Shown here one piece after another: positions 17,665-27,184 of a DNA stretch of 64,000 nucleotides. The position numbers and the translations under genes were made by a program. The stretch is from contig CANQWT010000001.1 of NCBI GenBank assembly GCA_947627635.1, positions 18,325-82,324 of the forward strand, read 5' to 3'. The notes under the pieces were generated by a model. The model did no database searches. It worked only from the letters and a program-made list of their open reading frames with translations, and had not been told where the DNA came from. This DNA is from an uncultured Bacilli bacterium. Lineage in GTDB: Bacteria > Bacillota_I > Bacilli_A > RF39 > UBA660. Each line of letters opens with the position of its first letter. Position 1 is the first letter of the stretch.

Positions 17665-17996
17665 AAGAAATCAAGAAAAATGGTGCGAGAATAATGGTAT
17701 TTACAACCTTTTTCTTATTTCTTGCTCTTTATATGACCCAAGCATCTGGATACAACGAATACCAACAAGCAAAACGGACAGCTTTAACAGATGAAGAAAT
17801 TGCAATTTTTGAACAGGATTTGAAAGAAGGAAAGGAAATCAAGACGAAAGAATATTTTAAAAATCAGGAGAAAAGTTATGATAACCGTTTAAGTAAAATG
17901 GGATTTTTTGTCTCTAAAGAAATTGAAAAAGTTTTTCAAAAGGGAATGAATGCATTTTTTAAGATGTTAGAAGATATGGCCAAAACTGAAGAATAA
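17661..17996 (+). CDS. Small membrane protein (YqxA/DUF3679-like position after spoIIP)
   Basis: Overlapping start with spoIIP. Single TM and charged C-terminus. Synteny with B. subtilis yqxA. Confidence 0.35.
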   Translation: MKEIKKNGARIMVFTTFFLFLALYMTQASGYNEYQQAKRTALTDEEIAIFEQDLKEGKEIKTKEYFKNQEKSYDNRLSKMGFFVSKEIEKVFQKGMNAFFKMLEDMAKTEE

Positions 17997-18002
17997 GTAT
18001 TA

Positions 18003-18200
18003 TACTAGAGGGGAATAGACGAAGAACGGTGATTATACCATCATGGTTAATGCTACAGGCCCATGGTCAGTCCGGAATGGTGCTCATCTCGATGGAGCAG
18101 GCACAGGAGTTTTCTATTTCCATCGCAACATCGGACATGCAAGTTCGGGCGCTTCCTTTCGCCAAGTGCTAACTCCTAATGAAAACTGATAATCTCACCA
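18003..18200 (+). promoter_or_regulatory. Structured, GC-enriched leader of infC-rpmI-rplT (L20-responsive leader candidate)
   Basis: A roughly 200-nt stretch far more GC-rich than its surroundings (GGCCCATGGTCAGTCCGGAATGGTGCTCATCTCGATGGAGCAGGCACAGG...). It lies directly 5' of infC and holds no credible ORF. Confidence 0.4.
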
Positions 18201-18404
18201 ATTTATAGAAAAAACGTTCAAAAATCATTGACAAATCATTATTTTTCGCATATATTATTACCAGTAAATGAAAAAGGAAAGCGATTTTATATCCACCTGA
18301 TTGCGAATAGCGATAGGTTAAAGGCCAAAAAAAAGAAATTCAAATGGTTTTTAAGTGGATATTTTCGTGGTATCCACTTTTCATTTGTTTTGGAGGTGTT
18401 TTGT

Positions 18405-18938
18405 ATAGCAAATAACAAAGGGAACAATTTACTAATCAATGACCAAATTAAAGTGCCTGAGGTATTAGTAATTGGTCCAAATGGGGAACAGGTAGGAATT
18501 AAATCAATTGAGGACGCAAGGACACTTGCTTCATATGCAGCCCTTGACCTTGTACTAATTAGTCCGAATGGAAACCCACCAGTTTGTAAAGTAATGGACT
18601 ACAACAAGTATCGTTACGAAAAGAATAAAAAAGAAAAGGAAGCTCTAAAAAGACAAAGAGCTAATCAACAAGAATTAAAAGAATTTCGTCTTTCACCAGT
18701 AATTGATGTTGGAGATTTTGAAACGAAACTTAAAAATGCTTCAAAGTATTTACAAAAAGGAGACAAAGTAAAATTAACCATTCGTTTTAAAGGAAGACAA
18801 ATGGCTCATACTGAGTTAGGACGCGAAGTTTTAGAAAAATTTACTGCTCGTTGTTTAGAGTTCGCTGAAGTACAAGACAAGCCAAAGTTAGATGGTAGAG
18901 TTATGAGCATGCTCTTAGTACCTAAAAAAGAAAAATAG
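18405..18938 (+). CDS. infC: Translation initiation factor IF-3, probable non-AUG (AUA) start
   Basis: Homology to IF-3 begins at NDQIKVPEVLVIGPNGEQVGIKS. GGAGG at 18393-18397 is followed 7 nt later by in-frame ATA at 18405; IF-3 genes classically use AUU/AUA starts. The track ORF from 18228 carries a spurious N-terminal extension. Confidence 0.75.
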   Translation: MANNKGNNLLINDQIKVPEVLVIGPNGEQVGIKSIEDARTLASYAALDLVLISPNGNPPVCKVMDYNKYRYEKNKKEKEALKRQRANQQELKEFRLSPVIDVGDFETKLKNASKYLQKGDKVKLTIRFKGRQMAHTELGREVLEKFTARCLEFAEVQDKPKLDGRVMSMLLVPKKEK

Positions 18939-18951
18939 AAGGAGTGAAATT

Positions 18952-19140
18952 ATGCCAAAGTTAAAGACACACAAAGGTTCAAAAAAAGTATTTAAAGTTA
19001 GAAAAGGCGGTACTATTAAAATGGGACATCCTGGAAGCCGTCACAACATGGGATATAAATCAGCAAAAGCAAATCGTAAAAAGAGAAGCAATGCTTCATT
19101 AAGCAAAGCAGACCAAAATCGTTTAAAAAACATTATTTAA
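18952..19140 (+). CDS. rpmI: 50S ribosomal protein L35
   Basis: MPKLKTHKGSKKVFKVRKGG is the canonical L35. Confidence 0.9.
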   Translation: MPKLKTHKGSKKVFKVRKGGTIKMGHPGSRHNMGYKSAKANRKKRSNASLSKADQNRLKNII

Positions 19141-19160
19141 TTTAAGAAAGGAAGTTTAAA

Positions 19161-19778
19161 ATGGCAAGAGTTAAAAATAGTGTGACAACAAAAGCACGTC
19201 ATAAAAAAGTATTAAAACAAGCCAAAGGATACTTTGGAAGTAAGCATAGACTTTATAAGTCAGCAAAAGAACAATTGATGCATTCAGGACAATATGCATT
19301 CCGTGACCGTAAACAAAAGAAAAGAGATTTTAGAAAATTATGGATTACACGTATCAATGCAGCATGTCGTGAAGAAGGAATTAGTTATTCAAGATTTATT
19401 GAAGGACTAACAAAAGCAGGAGTTGAAATCAATCGTAAGATGTTATCTGAAATCGCAATTAACGATAAAGAAAGATTTAAAGAATTAGTTCAACTTGCAA
19501 GAGATGGTAAGGCTGGAAAAGTATCACCATCAAAAGTAGAAATCAAAGAAGAAGTTACAATTAAGTCACAAAATAAGAAAGAAGAAGTAGAAAAGAAAAC
19601 AACTACTAAGAAAGAAACTGTAAAAGAAGATGCGAAGGAAGAAAAAAAATCTTCAAAGGAAGATGTTAAAGACTATAGTAAAATGACAGTTCAAGAACTT
19701 CGTGAAGTTGCAAAAGATAAGAATATCAAGGGTGCAAGTACAATGAAAAAAGCTGAACTTTTAGAGGCTTTAAAATAA
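19161..19778 (+). CDS. rplT: 50S ribosomal protein L20 with an ~85-aa C-terminal K/E-rich extension ending in a Rho_N-like motif
   Basis: [26 protein letters not shown] is canonical L20 through ~118 aa. It is followed by a low-complexity KE linker and then [31 protein letters not shown]. Confidence 0.9.
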   Translation: MARVKNSVTTKARHKKVLKQAKGYFGSKHRLYKSAKEQLMHSGQYAFRDRKQKKRDFRKLWITRINAACREEGISYSRFIEGLTKAGVEINRKMLSEIAINDKERFKELVQLARDGKAGKVSPSKVEIKEEVTIKSQNKKEEVEKKTTTKKETVKEDAKEEKKSSKEDVKDYSKMTVQELREVAKDKNIKGASTMKKAELLEALK

Positions 19779-19871
19779 AAAACATATTTGCGGATGGAAC
19801 TCCCTAGTGCTCTAAATAGAGTGGGATTCTTAGAAACAAATAGAAGAATGAACGAAAAGGAGATATAAGAT

Positions 19872-20855
19872 ATGACAGTAGTATCAATGAATTATTTATT
19901 AGAAGCTGGTGTACATTTTGGACACCAAAAAAGAAGATGGAATCCAAAAATGAAGGAATACATCTATACAACAAGAGATGACATTTATATTATCGATTTA
20001 CAAAAAACAGTAAAGAAAATGGAAGAAGCATACGAAGCAATTAAGCAAATTGCTGAAGCAGGTGGAAAGTTCTTATTTGTAGGAACTAAAAAACAAGCTC
20101 AAGAAGCTGCTGAAGAAAATGCTGTACGTACAAATATGTACTTCGTAAACGAACGTTGGTTAGGTGGAACTTTAACAAACTTCAAAACAATTAAATCAAG
20201 AATTCGTAGAATGGAAGAAATCGAGAAAATGGAAGAAGATGGAACTTTTGATTTACTTCCAAAGAAAGAAGTTATTAAAATCCGTAAAGAATATGATAAA
20301 TTAAACAAGAATTTACGTGGAATTCGTGAAATGAAGAAAGCACCACAAGCTATGATTATTGTTGACCCACGTAAAGAAGAAATCGCTATTAAAGAAGCAA
20401 GAATTCTTGGAATTCCAGTATTTGGTATTGTTGATACCAACTGTGACCCTGATATGGTTGATTATGTAATTCCAGGAAATGATGATGCTGTCCGTGCTGT
20501 AAAATTGATGCTTGGTGCACTTACAAATGCAATTGCTGAAGTAAATGGAAATGAAATCATCGATTATGTTACAGAAGAAGATAAAAATAAAGATGCCAAA
20601 GCAAAAGAAGCAGAAACTTCTAAGGTGGAAGTAACAGAAGAGAAAAAGGAAGAACCAAAATCTACTCCTTCTAAAGAAGAGGCCGTAGAAGAAGTTCAAG
20701 AAGAACCTGTTCAAAAGGATGTAACTACTAAGGAAGATAAAAGTACAGATTTAGAAAGTCTTTCTTTACAAGACCTTAAAGCAAAAGCGAAAGAACAAGG
20801 AGTAAAAGGTTACTCTAAAATGAAAAAAGCAGAACTTATTGAAGTATTAAAGTAA
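19872..20855 (+). CDS. rpsB: 30S ribosomal protein S2 with a C-terminal K/E-rich extension ending in a Rho_N-like motif
   Basis: [18 protein letters not shown] is canonical S2. The C-terminus is [31 protein letters not shown]. Confidence 0.9.
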   Translation: MTVVSMNYLLEAGVHFGHQKRRWNPKMKEYIYTTRDDIYIIDLQKTVKKMEEAYEAIKQIAEAGGKFLFVGTKKQAQEAAEENAVRTNMYFVNERWLGGTLTNFKTIKSRIRRMEEIEKMEEDGTFDLLPKKEVIKIRKEYDKLNKNLRGIREMKKAPQAMIIVDPRKEEIAIKEARILGIPVFGIVDTNCDPDMVDYVIPGNDDAVRAVKLMLGALTNAIAEVNGNEIIDYVTEEDKNKDAKAKEAETSKVEVTEEKKEEPKSTPSKEEAVEEVQEEPVQKDVTTKEDKSTDLESLSLQDLKAKAKEQGVKGYSKMKKAELIEVLK

Positions 20856-20942
20856 TAGGAAGGAGGAGGGCAACCTCTTTTTTCTTGCTAAAATGACAAG
20901 TTCATAATAGAATAGAATTAGAAAATAAGAAAGGTGATAAAT

Positions 20943-21824
20943 ATGTTTAGTGCAAGTGATATTAAAGAGTTAAGAGATAAAACAGGAGCTGGAATGCTTG
21001 ACTGTAAAAAGGCATTAGAAGCAACTGAAGGAGATATGGACAAAGCCATTGACTGGTTACGTGAAAAAGGAATTAGTAAAGCAGCTAAGAAAGAATCACG
21101 TATTGCCGCAGAAGGACTTTGTGAAATCAAGGTTGATGGAAATACTGCGATTATGGTAGAAGTAAATTCTGAGACAGATTTTGTTGCTAAGAATAGTGAA
21201 TTTACTGATTTCGTAGATTATTTAGCTACTAAGATTTTAGAAAACAAAGTATCTACAAACGAAGAAGTATTACAAATTCAAGATGGAAGTGAAACAGTTC
21301 AAGATAAACTTGTTGCTTTGACTGCTAAAATTGGAGAAAAACTATCTTTCCGTCGTTTCGTTCGTGTTGAAAAAGAAGACAATGAATATTTTGGAGCTTA
21401 TACACATATGGGCGGTAAAATTGGAGCTTTAATTGTTCTAGAAAATGGATGTGAAGAAGTTGCGCGTGATATTGCAATGCATACTGCTGCTATGAACCCA
21501 ACTGCAATTAGTCGTGATGCTGTACCACAAGAAATGATAGAACGTGAAAGTACTGTAATTAAAGAACAAGTTATGAATGAAGGAAAACCTGCTGATATTG
21601 CTGAAAAGATGGTAGTAGGTCGTCTCAATAAATTTTATAAAGAAATTTGTCTAGAGGAACAAGAATTTATTAAAGATTCAAGTATGACTGTAGGTACTTT
21701 TGCTAAAAATAATGGAGCTACAATTAAAGCAATGTATCGTTTCCAAGTTGGTGAAGGTATTGAAAAGAAAGAAGAAGACTTTGCCAGTGAAGTCATGAGC
21801 CAAATTAACGGAGCAAATCAGTAA
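20943..21824 (+). CDS. tsf: Elongation factor Ts
   Basis: MFSASDIKELRDKTGAGMLDCKKAL is the canonical EF-Ts N-terminus. AAGGTGA RBS precedes the ATG at 20943; the track's GTG at 20934 is less likely. Confidence 0.9.
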   Translation: MFSASDIKELRDKTGAGMLDCKKALEATEGDMDKAIDWLREKGISKAAKKESRIAAEGLCEIKVDGNTAIMVEVNSETDFVAKNSEFTDFVDYLATKILENKVSTNEEVLQIQDGSETVQDKLVALTAKIGEKLSFRRFVRVEKEDNEYFGAYTHMGGKIGALIVLENGCEEVARDIAMHTAAMNPTAISRDAVPQEMIERESTVIKEQVMNEGKPADIAEKMVVGRLNKFYKEICLEEQEFIKDSSMTVGTFAKNNGATIKAMYRFQVGEGIEKKEEDFASEVMSQINGANQ

Positions 21825-21831
21825 TTTCATT

Positions 21832-22371
21832 ATGAAGAAGTATGTTGTAATCATATTGATTTTCACATTTTTAATGACAACAGGTTGCTCTGTTAAAAAG
21901 GTTGAAGAAGTAACTGATGCTGAAAAGTTTGCTATTGAATATAATATTTCCAAAGAAAATCCGTTTATCTATTTAGAGGATGAGGATATGCTTGAATTTA
22001 TGAAAGAGGGAACAGGTATCATTTATTTTGGATTTCCTTTAGATACCAAGTCACAAGAAGTTATCTCTCTTCTTTATAAAGTAGCTAAAAAACAAAATGT
22101 CAAAAAGATATACTATTATAATCCTAAGAAAATTAAAGAACAAAATAGCAAAACTTATCAAGAATTATTAAAAATTTTGGAAACTCAAGAAGATAATGAA
22201 CTATCAGAATTTTTACTTCCTGAAATTTATGCCTTAGAAAGTGGAAAAATCATCTCTCATAATCATACTTTAGGAAAAGTAGAGGGAAATATTCAAGAGT
22301 ATTTAACCAAAGCAAAAAAAAGAGACTTAGAAAAAGAACTACTTGAACTAGTAGAAATCTATCAAAAGTAA
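21832..22371 (+). CDS. Putative lipoprotein, unknown function
   Basis: Lipobox LMTTGC after a hydrophobic signal sequence. Confidence 0.5.
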   Translation: MKKYVVIILIFTFLMTTGCSVKKVEEVTDAEKFAIEYNISKENPFIYLEDEDMLEFMKEGTGIIYFGFPLDTKSQEVISLLYKVAKKQNVKKIYYYNPKKIKEQNSKTYQELLKILETQEDNELSEFLLPEIYALESGKIISHNHTLGKVEGNIQEYLTKAKKRDLEKELLELVEIYQK

Positions 22372-22437
22372 AGCTTTAAGAGGATAAAATAACGATAGGT
22401 TCATTAGAAAATATAAAATTAAAATAGGAGTTTGGTT

Positions 22438-24024
22438 ATGAGTATATATGAGGAACTAAAACACTTCAGTAAAGATTATATTTATGAACAATATATAAAA
22501 ATTGTAGAAGACCCTAAGTATTATGAAAACATTACGAAAATAAAAATGATAGATGCTATTTGTAAAATTTATAGTAATCCTGATAATATTATTGATATTT
22601 GTACGATAAAGGAATTAAAGTATTTGAAAATGGTTATTGATAATCTTTTTTCCCTTGCTGATGGACTTCAATCTAAAGAGAAGATAGATATTAAATATTT
22701 CAGTCATAAATATGATTGGGAAAGAAAAACTTTACAGAAAAAATTTTTACTAACGTCTGATTTTTATGGTGAAAGTACTATTCCTTTTGAAATAAAAGAT
22801 TCTGTTAAAAAGGCTTTAGAAAAAATCAAGTGGAGTAGTCAAAGAAAAATCAATGAATTAAATGAAATCTTAATAGGTTATTGTAAGATACAAGGTATAG
22901 TTTCTTTAGATGTTTTATGTGAATTTGCATCGAATATAACGGATTTAACTTCTGATGCTATATGTAATCATATATTTGATAATAAACTATTGAATTATTA
23001 TGTATATATTACAATGGTAAATAAGATAAAATCAGAAGAACAAGTTACTGTTGCTATTTTTCGTGAGAACTATGAGTTTGCTAGTACAATAGAAGATAAA
23101 AGAGATTTCATGGGATTAGTTGAAAATCTACAAATAACTGCTCAAACTTGTAAGAGTATATTCTATAATGATTTTGATATTTATAATCCTAAGGTCAAAA
23201 AACTTTTAACAGAAATTAAAAAGTTTCCTTCTTCTTGCGATATAGGACTAGAAGAAATTAGAGAATATGCTTTATTAAGTTGGTATAGAAAACCTTTAGA
23301 AGAGAAGATAAGCAATCTTTCGGAATTAGATGATGCGCACATCACTAAGTTTCTTAAGATATTAAATGAAGCTCTTGATGAAATGCCTTCTGGTGTTTTA
23401 GGTGGATACACACCTAATCAAGTTGGTGACATTAGAGACAGGCAAGTGCAACTGTTTAGGAAAAAAGATGCACAATATAAAAAACAAACAAATGCTCATT
23501 TGTCTATTCAAGATGCCAATCTTTTTAATAAAATCTATTTTGCTTTGTTAGAATATACGAACAAGAAATATAAAATCAATAAGAATTTTAAAATTTATAA
23601 ATGTAAGAAGGAAAATTCTGATGGACTAATGAACGTTATAGAGAAATTTTGGAAAGAAAAAGAAACAATTATTTTAGAATTTTGTAAGGTAAATCCTTAT
23701 AAATTTAGTCCAGAAGAGTTAGAATTTGCAAGCGAATTAAAAAAAGGAATGCGAAGAGAGTTTATTATTGCTAGATATGAACTAGATTACACTGCTTTTA
23801 TGGTAGATGATAGAATTTATATGGTCAAAGGACTACAGGGAAATATTGATAAGCTGATACCTTATGAATGTCTACCTTTTCCTGTGATGACAACAATTAT
23901 TCCATTTAGAGGAAACTTGATATATGATGGAATTATTCAAGGAATCAATAAGAAAATGAGTATTGAATTTGAAGAGATGGTTGAAAGAGAATACGATAAC
24001 TTAATGAAATATTATTATTTCTGA
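22438..24024 (+). CDS. Large hypothetical cytoplasmic protein (~529 aa)
   Basis: Long clean ORF. AGGAG RBS sits 7 nt before the ATG at 22438. No recognisable motif. Confidence 0.5.
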   Translation: MSIYEELKHFSKDYIYEQYIKIVEDPKYYENITKIKMIDAICKIYSNPDNIIDICTIKELKYLKMVIDNLFSLADGLQSKEKIDIKYFSHKYDWERKTLQKKFLLTSDFYGESTIPFEIKDSVKKALEKIKWSSQRKINELNEILIGYCKIQGIVSLDVLCEFASNITDLTSDAICNHIFDNKLLNYYVYITMVNKIKSEEQVTVAIFRENYEFASTIEDKRDFMGLVENLQITAQTCKSIFYNDFDIYNPKVKKLLTEIKKFPSSCDIGLEEIREYALLSWYRKPLEEKISNLSELDDAHITKFLKILNEALDEMPSGVLGGYTPNQVGDIRDRQVQLFRKKDAQYKKQTNAHLSIQDANLFNKIYFALLEYTNKKYKINKNFKIYKCKKENSDGLMNVIEKFWKEKETIILEFCKVNPYKFSPEELEFASELKKGMRREFIIARYELDYTAFMVDDRIYMVKGLQGNIDKLIPYECLPFPVMTTIIPFRGNLIYDGIIQGINKKMSIEFEEMVEREYDNLMKYYYF

Positions 24025-24149
24025 AATGTTACATAGATATTAAAGCTTAAAGTAGAAATAGATGGGTTAGAAGATATATTAAAATTAGACTATGATATTA
24101 TAGAAGCTTGAAAATGAAATGGTTATAAAAGTGTCAATTTGACAAAATT

Positions 24150-24800
24150 ACTTGAATATGATATAATGTGAAGCGTAATGGAAATGGCACACTATTCTAG
24201 TCAATTCCTTTATTACGAAGACGGGATTAAACCACCGTTAAAGAGCACATCTGTGAAACTTCTGGTGTTTGCTTCTTACGCCCAGTTTGGGGTGGATGCT
24301 GGAAGGTATGGATAATGGGTAGTCTATAATGGCATATAGATGAATCCCACTATCTTGGAGACCTAAACTTGTGAGATACCTATACGTGCTAACTGATGGA
24401 TATCTTACGACTTAGGTAGAACCTACTATGTGGCGAAAGTTATGAGTAGCGTAGCTTGTCTTGAGTGGAAAAGTTGGGATTTATGAGCTGACCTAATGAT
24501 TTGGCCAAATCGATTAGATAAACTGCATAATGAAATCTTTTCTGCAAAAAAGAATTAGTAATAAAGATTGGTGAGGAAATCTCCTAGAGTGATGTCGTTT
24601 GGGATTGCAGTGGGTACTAAGTGGTGATCAAGCCATACTTTAAGTATTCGACTTTCGTAAGGGGGAACCGCAGAATTGGTAACGATTCTGTAAAGAAGAG
24701 GGAAATCCTGCTTGACCTAAGGCCCAAAGTTTACCAAAGGATAGCCAACCATGATATTGAAATTAAAGTAACTTCGGTTGCTTTTTTTGTTTTTGTAAAT
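24150..24800 (+). ncRNA. Candidate large structured ncRNA (OLE-like?)
   Basis: About 650 nt with no credible ORF and clearly elevated GC compared with flanks (GGGGTGGATGCTGGAAGG..., GGGGGAACCGCAGAATTGG...). Immediately upstream, on the same strand, of a ~21 kDa 4-TM protein with a DxxxD motif. This is the arrangement described for OLE RNA and oapA. Confidence 0.4.
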
Positions 24801-24882
24801 GCATTATTTTATGGCATCAAAAGTCAAAAGCAAATTTACTTTTTCAAAGACTTTCGTTATAATAGAAAACATGAGGTGTCTT

Positions 24883-25488
24883 ATGAACAGAGAAGAAAGA
24901 AGTAAAATTAAAAGTGAGTTAAGAAATTTAGAAGTACAAACTAGAAGAAAAGAGAAGAAAAAGAAAAGTTTAGTAGACTGGAAATGGATAGGAACTATAT
25001 TTTTTGTAGCTTTTGTTCTATCAATGTCTCTTTCATTTGTCTCTGAAACAACCATCAAAGAAGCAAGCCTTCCTATTAGTATTTTGATTACGGTCTTCTT
25101 TATTTGCTTAGGAATTTTATTTGATATTATTGGAGTTTCAGTAACAGCAAGTGATGAAGCTATTTTTCATTCAATGAGTGCGAGAAAAGTAAGAGGAGCA
25201 AAAGTTGCTGTCACATTTAAGAAAAATGCGGATAAAGTATCAAGTTTTTGTTGTGATGTCATTGGTGATATTTGTGGAATTATTTCTGGTGCTTCAGGTG
25301 TTACCATTACAGCACTTTTAACTCAAACTTTTGATTTCCAACTTCTTCCAACAACTTTAGTAGTGACAGGAATGATTTCCGCCCTAACTATTGGTGGAAA
25401 AGCTTTAGGAAAGAGTTTTGCTATCAACAAAAGTAATATTATTCTATATGAGTTTGCAAAAGTGATATCCATAGTTTATAAAGGATAA
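24883..25488 (+). CDS. Small polytopic membrane protein with DxxxD motif (OapA-like candidate)
   Basis: GAGGTG RBS 6 nt before the ATG at 24883. About 201 aa with four predicted TM segments and a conserved-looking CCDVIGDICG (DxxxD). The track ORF from 24799 runs back into the noncoding block. Confidence 0.4.
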   Translation: MNREERSKIKSELRNLEVQTRRKEKKKKSLVDWKWIGTIFFVAFVLSMSLSFVSETTIKEASLPISILITVFFICLGILFDIIGVSVTASDEAIFHSMSARKVRGAKVAVTFKKNADKVSSFCCDVIGDICGIISGASGVTITALLTQTFDFQLLPTTLVVTGMISALTIGGKALGKSFAINKSNIILYEFAKVISIVYKG

Positions 25489-25499
25489 GGAGGATTAAA

Positions 25500-27095
25500 A
25501 TGATACAAGTTGACCACGTTACTTTAACATTTGGGAAAAGAACTTTATTTGAAGATGTCAATTTAAAATTTATGAATGGAGCTTGTTATGGCTTAATTGG
25601 CGCAAATGGAGCAGGCAAATCAACTTTCTTAAAGTTGTTGACTAAAGAGTTAGAAACAACACATGGGGAGATTACCATTGGAAAAAATGAGCGCGTTTCT
25701 TTCTTAAAACAAGACCATTATGCCTATGATGAAATGCGTGTTTTAGATATTGTGTTAATGGGAAATGATGCTTTGTGGAAAGTCATTGATGAAAAGAATA
25801 AGCTTTATAGTCAAAGTGAGTTTAGTGATGATGATTACATGAAAATGGCTGATTTAGAAGCAGAATTTCAAGACTTAGATGGCTATAATGCAGAACCTGA
25901 TGCAGCTCTTCTTTTATCTAATCTTGGAATTGATATTGGCTATCACTCTATGTTCATGAAAGAAATTCCTGTCAAGTTAAGAGTAAAAGTTCTTCTTGCT
26001 CAAGCACTTTTTCAAAATCCTGATATCCTACTTTTGGATGAACCTACAAACAGTTTAGATATGGCAGCAATTAAATGGCTAGAAGATTTTTTAATGGATT
26101 ATCCTAATACAGTCATTGTAGTATCTCATGACCGACACTTTTTAAATAAAGTTTGTACTCATATTGTTGATATTGATTTTGGAAAAATGAAAATATATTC
26201 TGGTAACTATGATTTTTGGTATCAGTCAAGAGAATTTGCTCTTAAACAGATGAAAGAACAAAACCGCAAGAAAGAAGAAAAAATCAAAGAACTTCAAGCT
26301 TTTATTGACCGTTTTTCAGCAAATGCTTCTAAGTCAAAGCAAGCAACATCAAGAAAGAAAATCTTAGAAAAAATAGAGTTGGACGAAATTGTTCCTTCCT
26401 CAAGAAAATATCCTTTTATTGATTTTAAAATGGAACGACCACGAGGAAATGATATTTTAGAAGTTAAAAACTTATGTAAAGAAGTTGATGGAGAAAAGCT
26501 TTTAAATAAAGTTTCCTTTACTATTCAAAAAGGAGATAAAATTGCCCTTCTTGGGGAAAATGACTTAGCTAAGACAACACTTTTAAATCTTCTTGCAGGG
26601 AAAGAAAAGTATGATAAAGGAGAAATCCATTATGGGAAAACGATTTTTCCTACTTATCTTCCACAAGATAATAGTTCTTACTTTCAAGAAGATTTACCAC
26701 TTCTTACTTGGTTATCAAAGTATTATGAGGGAAATGACTTACAATACTTACGTTCCTTCTTAGGAAGAATGCTATTTTCAAATGAAGAAGTATTTAAGAA
26801 AACTTCGGTTTTATCAGGAGGAGAAAAAGTAAGAGCGATGCTTAGTAAATGTATGTTAGAACTTCCTAATTTCTTACTTTTAGATGAACCTACAAACCAT
26901 TTAGACCTTGAAAGTATTACCTCTTTAAACAAAGGACTTTCTAATTTTCAAGGAGAGATGATTTTCACAAGTCGTGATTTAACTTTAAACGAAACACTTG
27001 CCAACAGAATTATTGAAATTCAAGAGGATGGTACAATTTTGGACAAACGATGTAGTTTTGATGAGTATTTTGCTTGGAAAGAGACCCGAAAATAG
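25500..27095 (+). CDS. ABC-F family ATPase (tandem ABC domains, no TMD)
   Basis: Two Walker A (GANGAGKST; GENDLAKTT), two LSGGE signature motifs, and a charged inter-domain linker. Confidence 0.85.
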   Translation: MIQVDHVTLTFGKRTLFEDVNLKFMNGACYGLIGANGAGKSTFLKLLTKELETTHGEITIGKNERVSFLKQDHYAYDEMRVLDIVLMGNDALWKVIDEKNKLYSQSEFSDDDYMKMADLEAEFQDLDGYNAEPDAALLLSNLGIDIGYHSMFMKEIPVKLRVKVLLAQALFQNPDILLLDEPTNSLDMAAIKWLEDFLMDYPNTVIVVSHDRHFLNKVCTHIVDIDFGKMKIYSGNYDFWYQSREFALKQMKEQNRKKEEKIKELQAFIDRFSANASKSKQATSRKKILEKIELDEIVPSSRKYPFIDFKMERPRGNDILEVKNLCKEVDGEKLLNKVSFTIQKGDKIALLGENDLAKTTLLNLLAGKEKYDKGEIHYGKTIFPTYLPQDNSSYFQEDLPLLTWLSKYYEGNDLQYLRSFLGRMLFSNEEVFKKTSVLSGGEKVRAMLSKCMLELPNFLLLDEPTNHLDLESITSLNKGLSNFQGEMIFTSRDLTLNETLANRIIEIQEDGTILDKRCSFDEYFAWKETRK

Positions 27096-27184
27096 GCTGT
27101 TTTTGTGAAAAATTGAAGAAATTTACGTACAAAGGCTTAAAAAAATTAGAAATATGTTATAATGAGTATAGGGAGGAAAAGATT

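Noticed and set aside
18228-18404. Long N-terminal extension of the infC ORF starting at 18228
   Set aside because: The extension has no IF-3 homology and overlaps the structured leader. An RBS plus an in-frame AUA at 18405 fits the known IF-3 start biology.
19790-19860. Possible terminator or riboswitch between rplT and rpsB (GGAACTCCC...GGGATTC)
   Set aside because: The stem is imperfect and there is no convincing U-tract. It is probably just an intergenic region holding the rpsB promoter and RBS.
20099-20714. Antisense ORFs 20099-20440 and 20313-20714 opposite rpsB
   Set aside because: They are low-complexity Phe/Ser-rich mirror translations of the lysine/glutamate-rich rpsB tail with no independent signal. 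The other short antisense or nested track ORFs are rejected the same way: 1296-1529, 3942-4160, 4348-4563, 5262-5507, 5763-6043, 9889-10431, 10941-11129, 12326-12520, 13138-13329, 16101-16439, 20918-21130, 21398-21953, 23181-23411, 26723-26932, 27907-28188, 30099-30389, 33508-34000, 37674-37856, 37986-38213, 39292-39562, 41618-41842, 42148-42479, 42985-43299, 45120-45572, 45854-46042, 47085-47276, 47656-47883, 49904-50227, 57046-57231, 57671-57880, 61652-61885, 62811-63176.
24150-24800. tmRNA, RNase P RNA or SRP RNA as identity of the chromosomal GC-rich noncoding block
   Set aside because: I could not find the tmRNA 5' GGGG...3' UUCGACUCCCACC-CCA ends or a tag ORF ending ALAA. There is no RNase P P4 GGAAAGUCC/ACAGAAUG core. 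There is no SRP domain IV GGUCAGGUCCGGAAGGAAGCAGCC.
24621-24905. Track ORF (94 aa) inside the candidate ncRNA
   Set aside because: It has no RBS, an odd composition, and it overlaps the RBS and start of the downstream membrane protein. It is most likely a chance ORF in GC-richer noncoding DNA.
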